The notes under the pieces were generated by a model. It was not told the DNA's origin and made no database searches. It was given only the letters and a program-made list of their open reading frames with translations. Shown here one piece after another: positions 63,601-64,000 of a stretch of 64,000 bases of DNA. Each line of letters starts with the position of its first letter. Position 1 is the first letter of the stretch. The translations under genes and the position numbers were made by a program. Source of the DNA: Raillietiella orientalis (Eukaryota); NCBI GenBank assembly GCA_036172245.1, contig JAYWIR010000022.1, positions 1,860,001 through 1,924,000 on the forward strand. Direction: 5' to 3'.

Positions 63601-64000
63601 GATAGAAAGAGCAGTGTCTGTGCAGCTTTCTCGGATAGGATCAGAATTCTAAATATACAGCCAGAATTCTTCAGCAAGAAGCAAAGCGGTGAGCAGATAA
63701 CTCAGCAAACAACTGAGAGACCTAGTCCGCTGTCAGACCAGACGGGTTGCCAACCAAATGACTCCTCTTTCACTCCCCCAAGCAAATCTTATCGGGTGTG
63801 GAGAAAGCCTTTAGGAATAAAAAAAGCCGAGTCCAGAACTTTGTGATGCGGTAGCCTGAAACCCTGTGGCGGGAACTTCCTTGGGAATTATTCGGATAAA
63901 GTTTCTCTAGTGCCAGAGATACTCCGATGTCATAGGACAGAGAAAATGGATAGTATACAATGATCTGTCCCCAAAGCAGGAAACGCAGTATCACACCTTC

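Noticed and set aside
1..64000. CRISPR array, rRNA operon or prokaryotic defence system
   Set aside because: No regularly spaced identical repeats, no dense gene packing, and the real genes have spliceosomal introns.

Overview
Eukaryotic (animal, probably invertebrate) nuclear DNA with spliceosomal GT-AG introns; I see no prokaryotic operon structure, CRISPR array or rRNA/tRNA gene. Two host genes are well supported. One is a + strand BTB/POZ-BACK gene (probable exons 10208-10236, 11510-11737, 11928-12762; about 363 aa). The other is a - strand ATG4C/D-type autophagy cysteine protease (7 coding exons, 24473->22764, 433 aa) with very short introns (85, 153, 44, 43, 38, 45 nt). Most of the rest looks like heavily decayed retroelements: many Ty3/gypsy pol fragments, a few LINE RT relics, and three 5'-truncated Utopia/NeSL-type RLE retrotransposon 3' ends clustered at 29.2-36.5 kb. 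These were recognised by eye from broken motifs, so boundaries are approximate and confidence is modest. Composition shifts from GC-rich (1-~16 kb) to very AT-rich around ATG4 (~21-27 kb) to intermediate (28-64 kb). The most unusual signal is an excess of unrelated, nearly perfect short inverted repeats, one of which fills most of a 38-nt intron. In one case a mutation that destroyed a conserved codon also perfected a palindrome, suggesting template-switch mutagenesis. I found no convincing novel multi-gene system.
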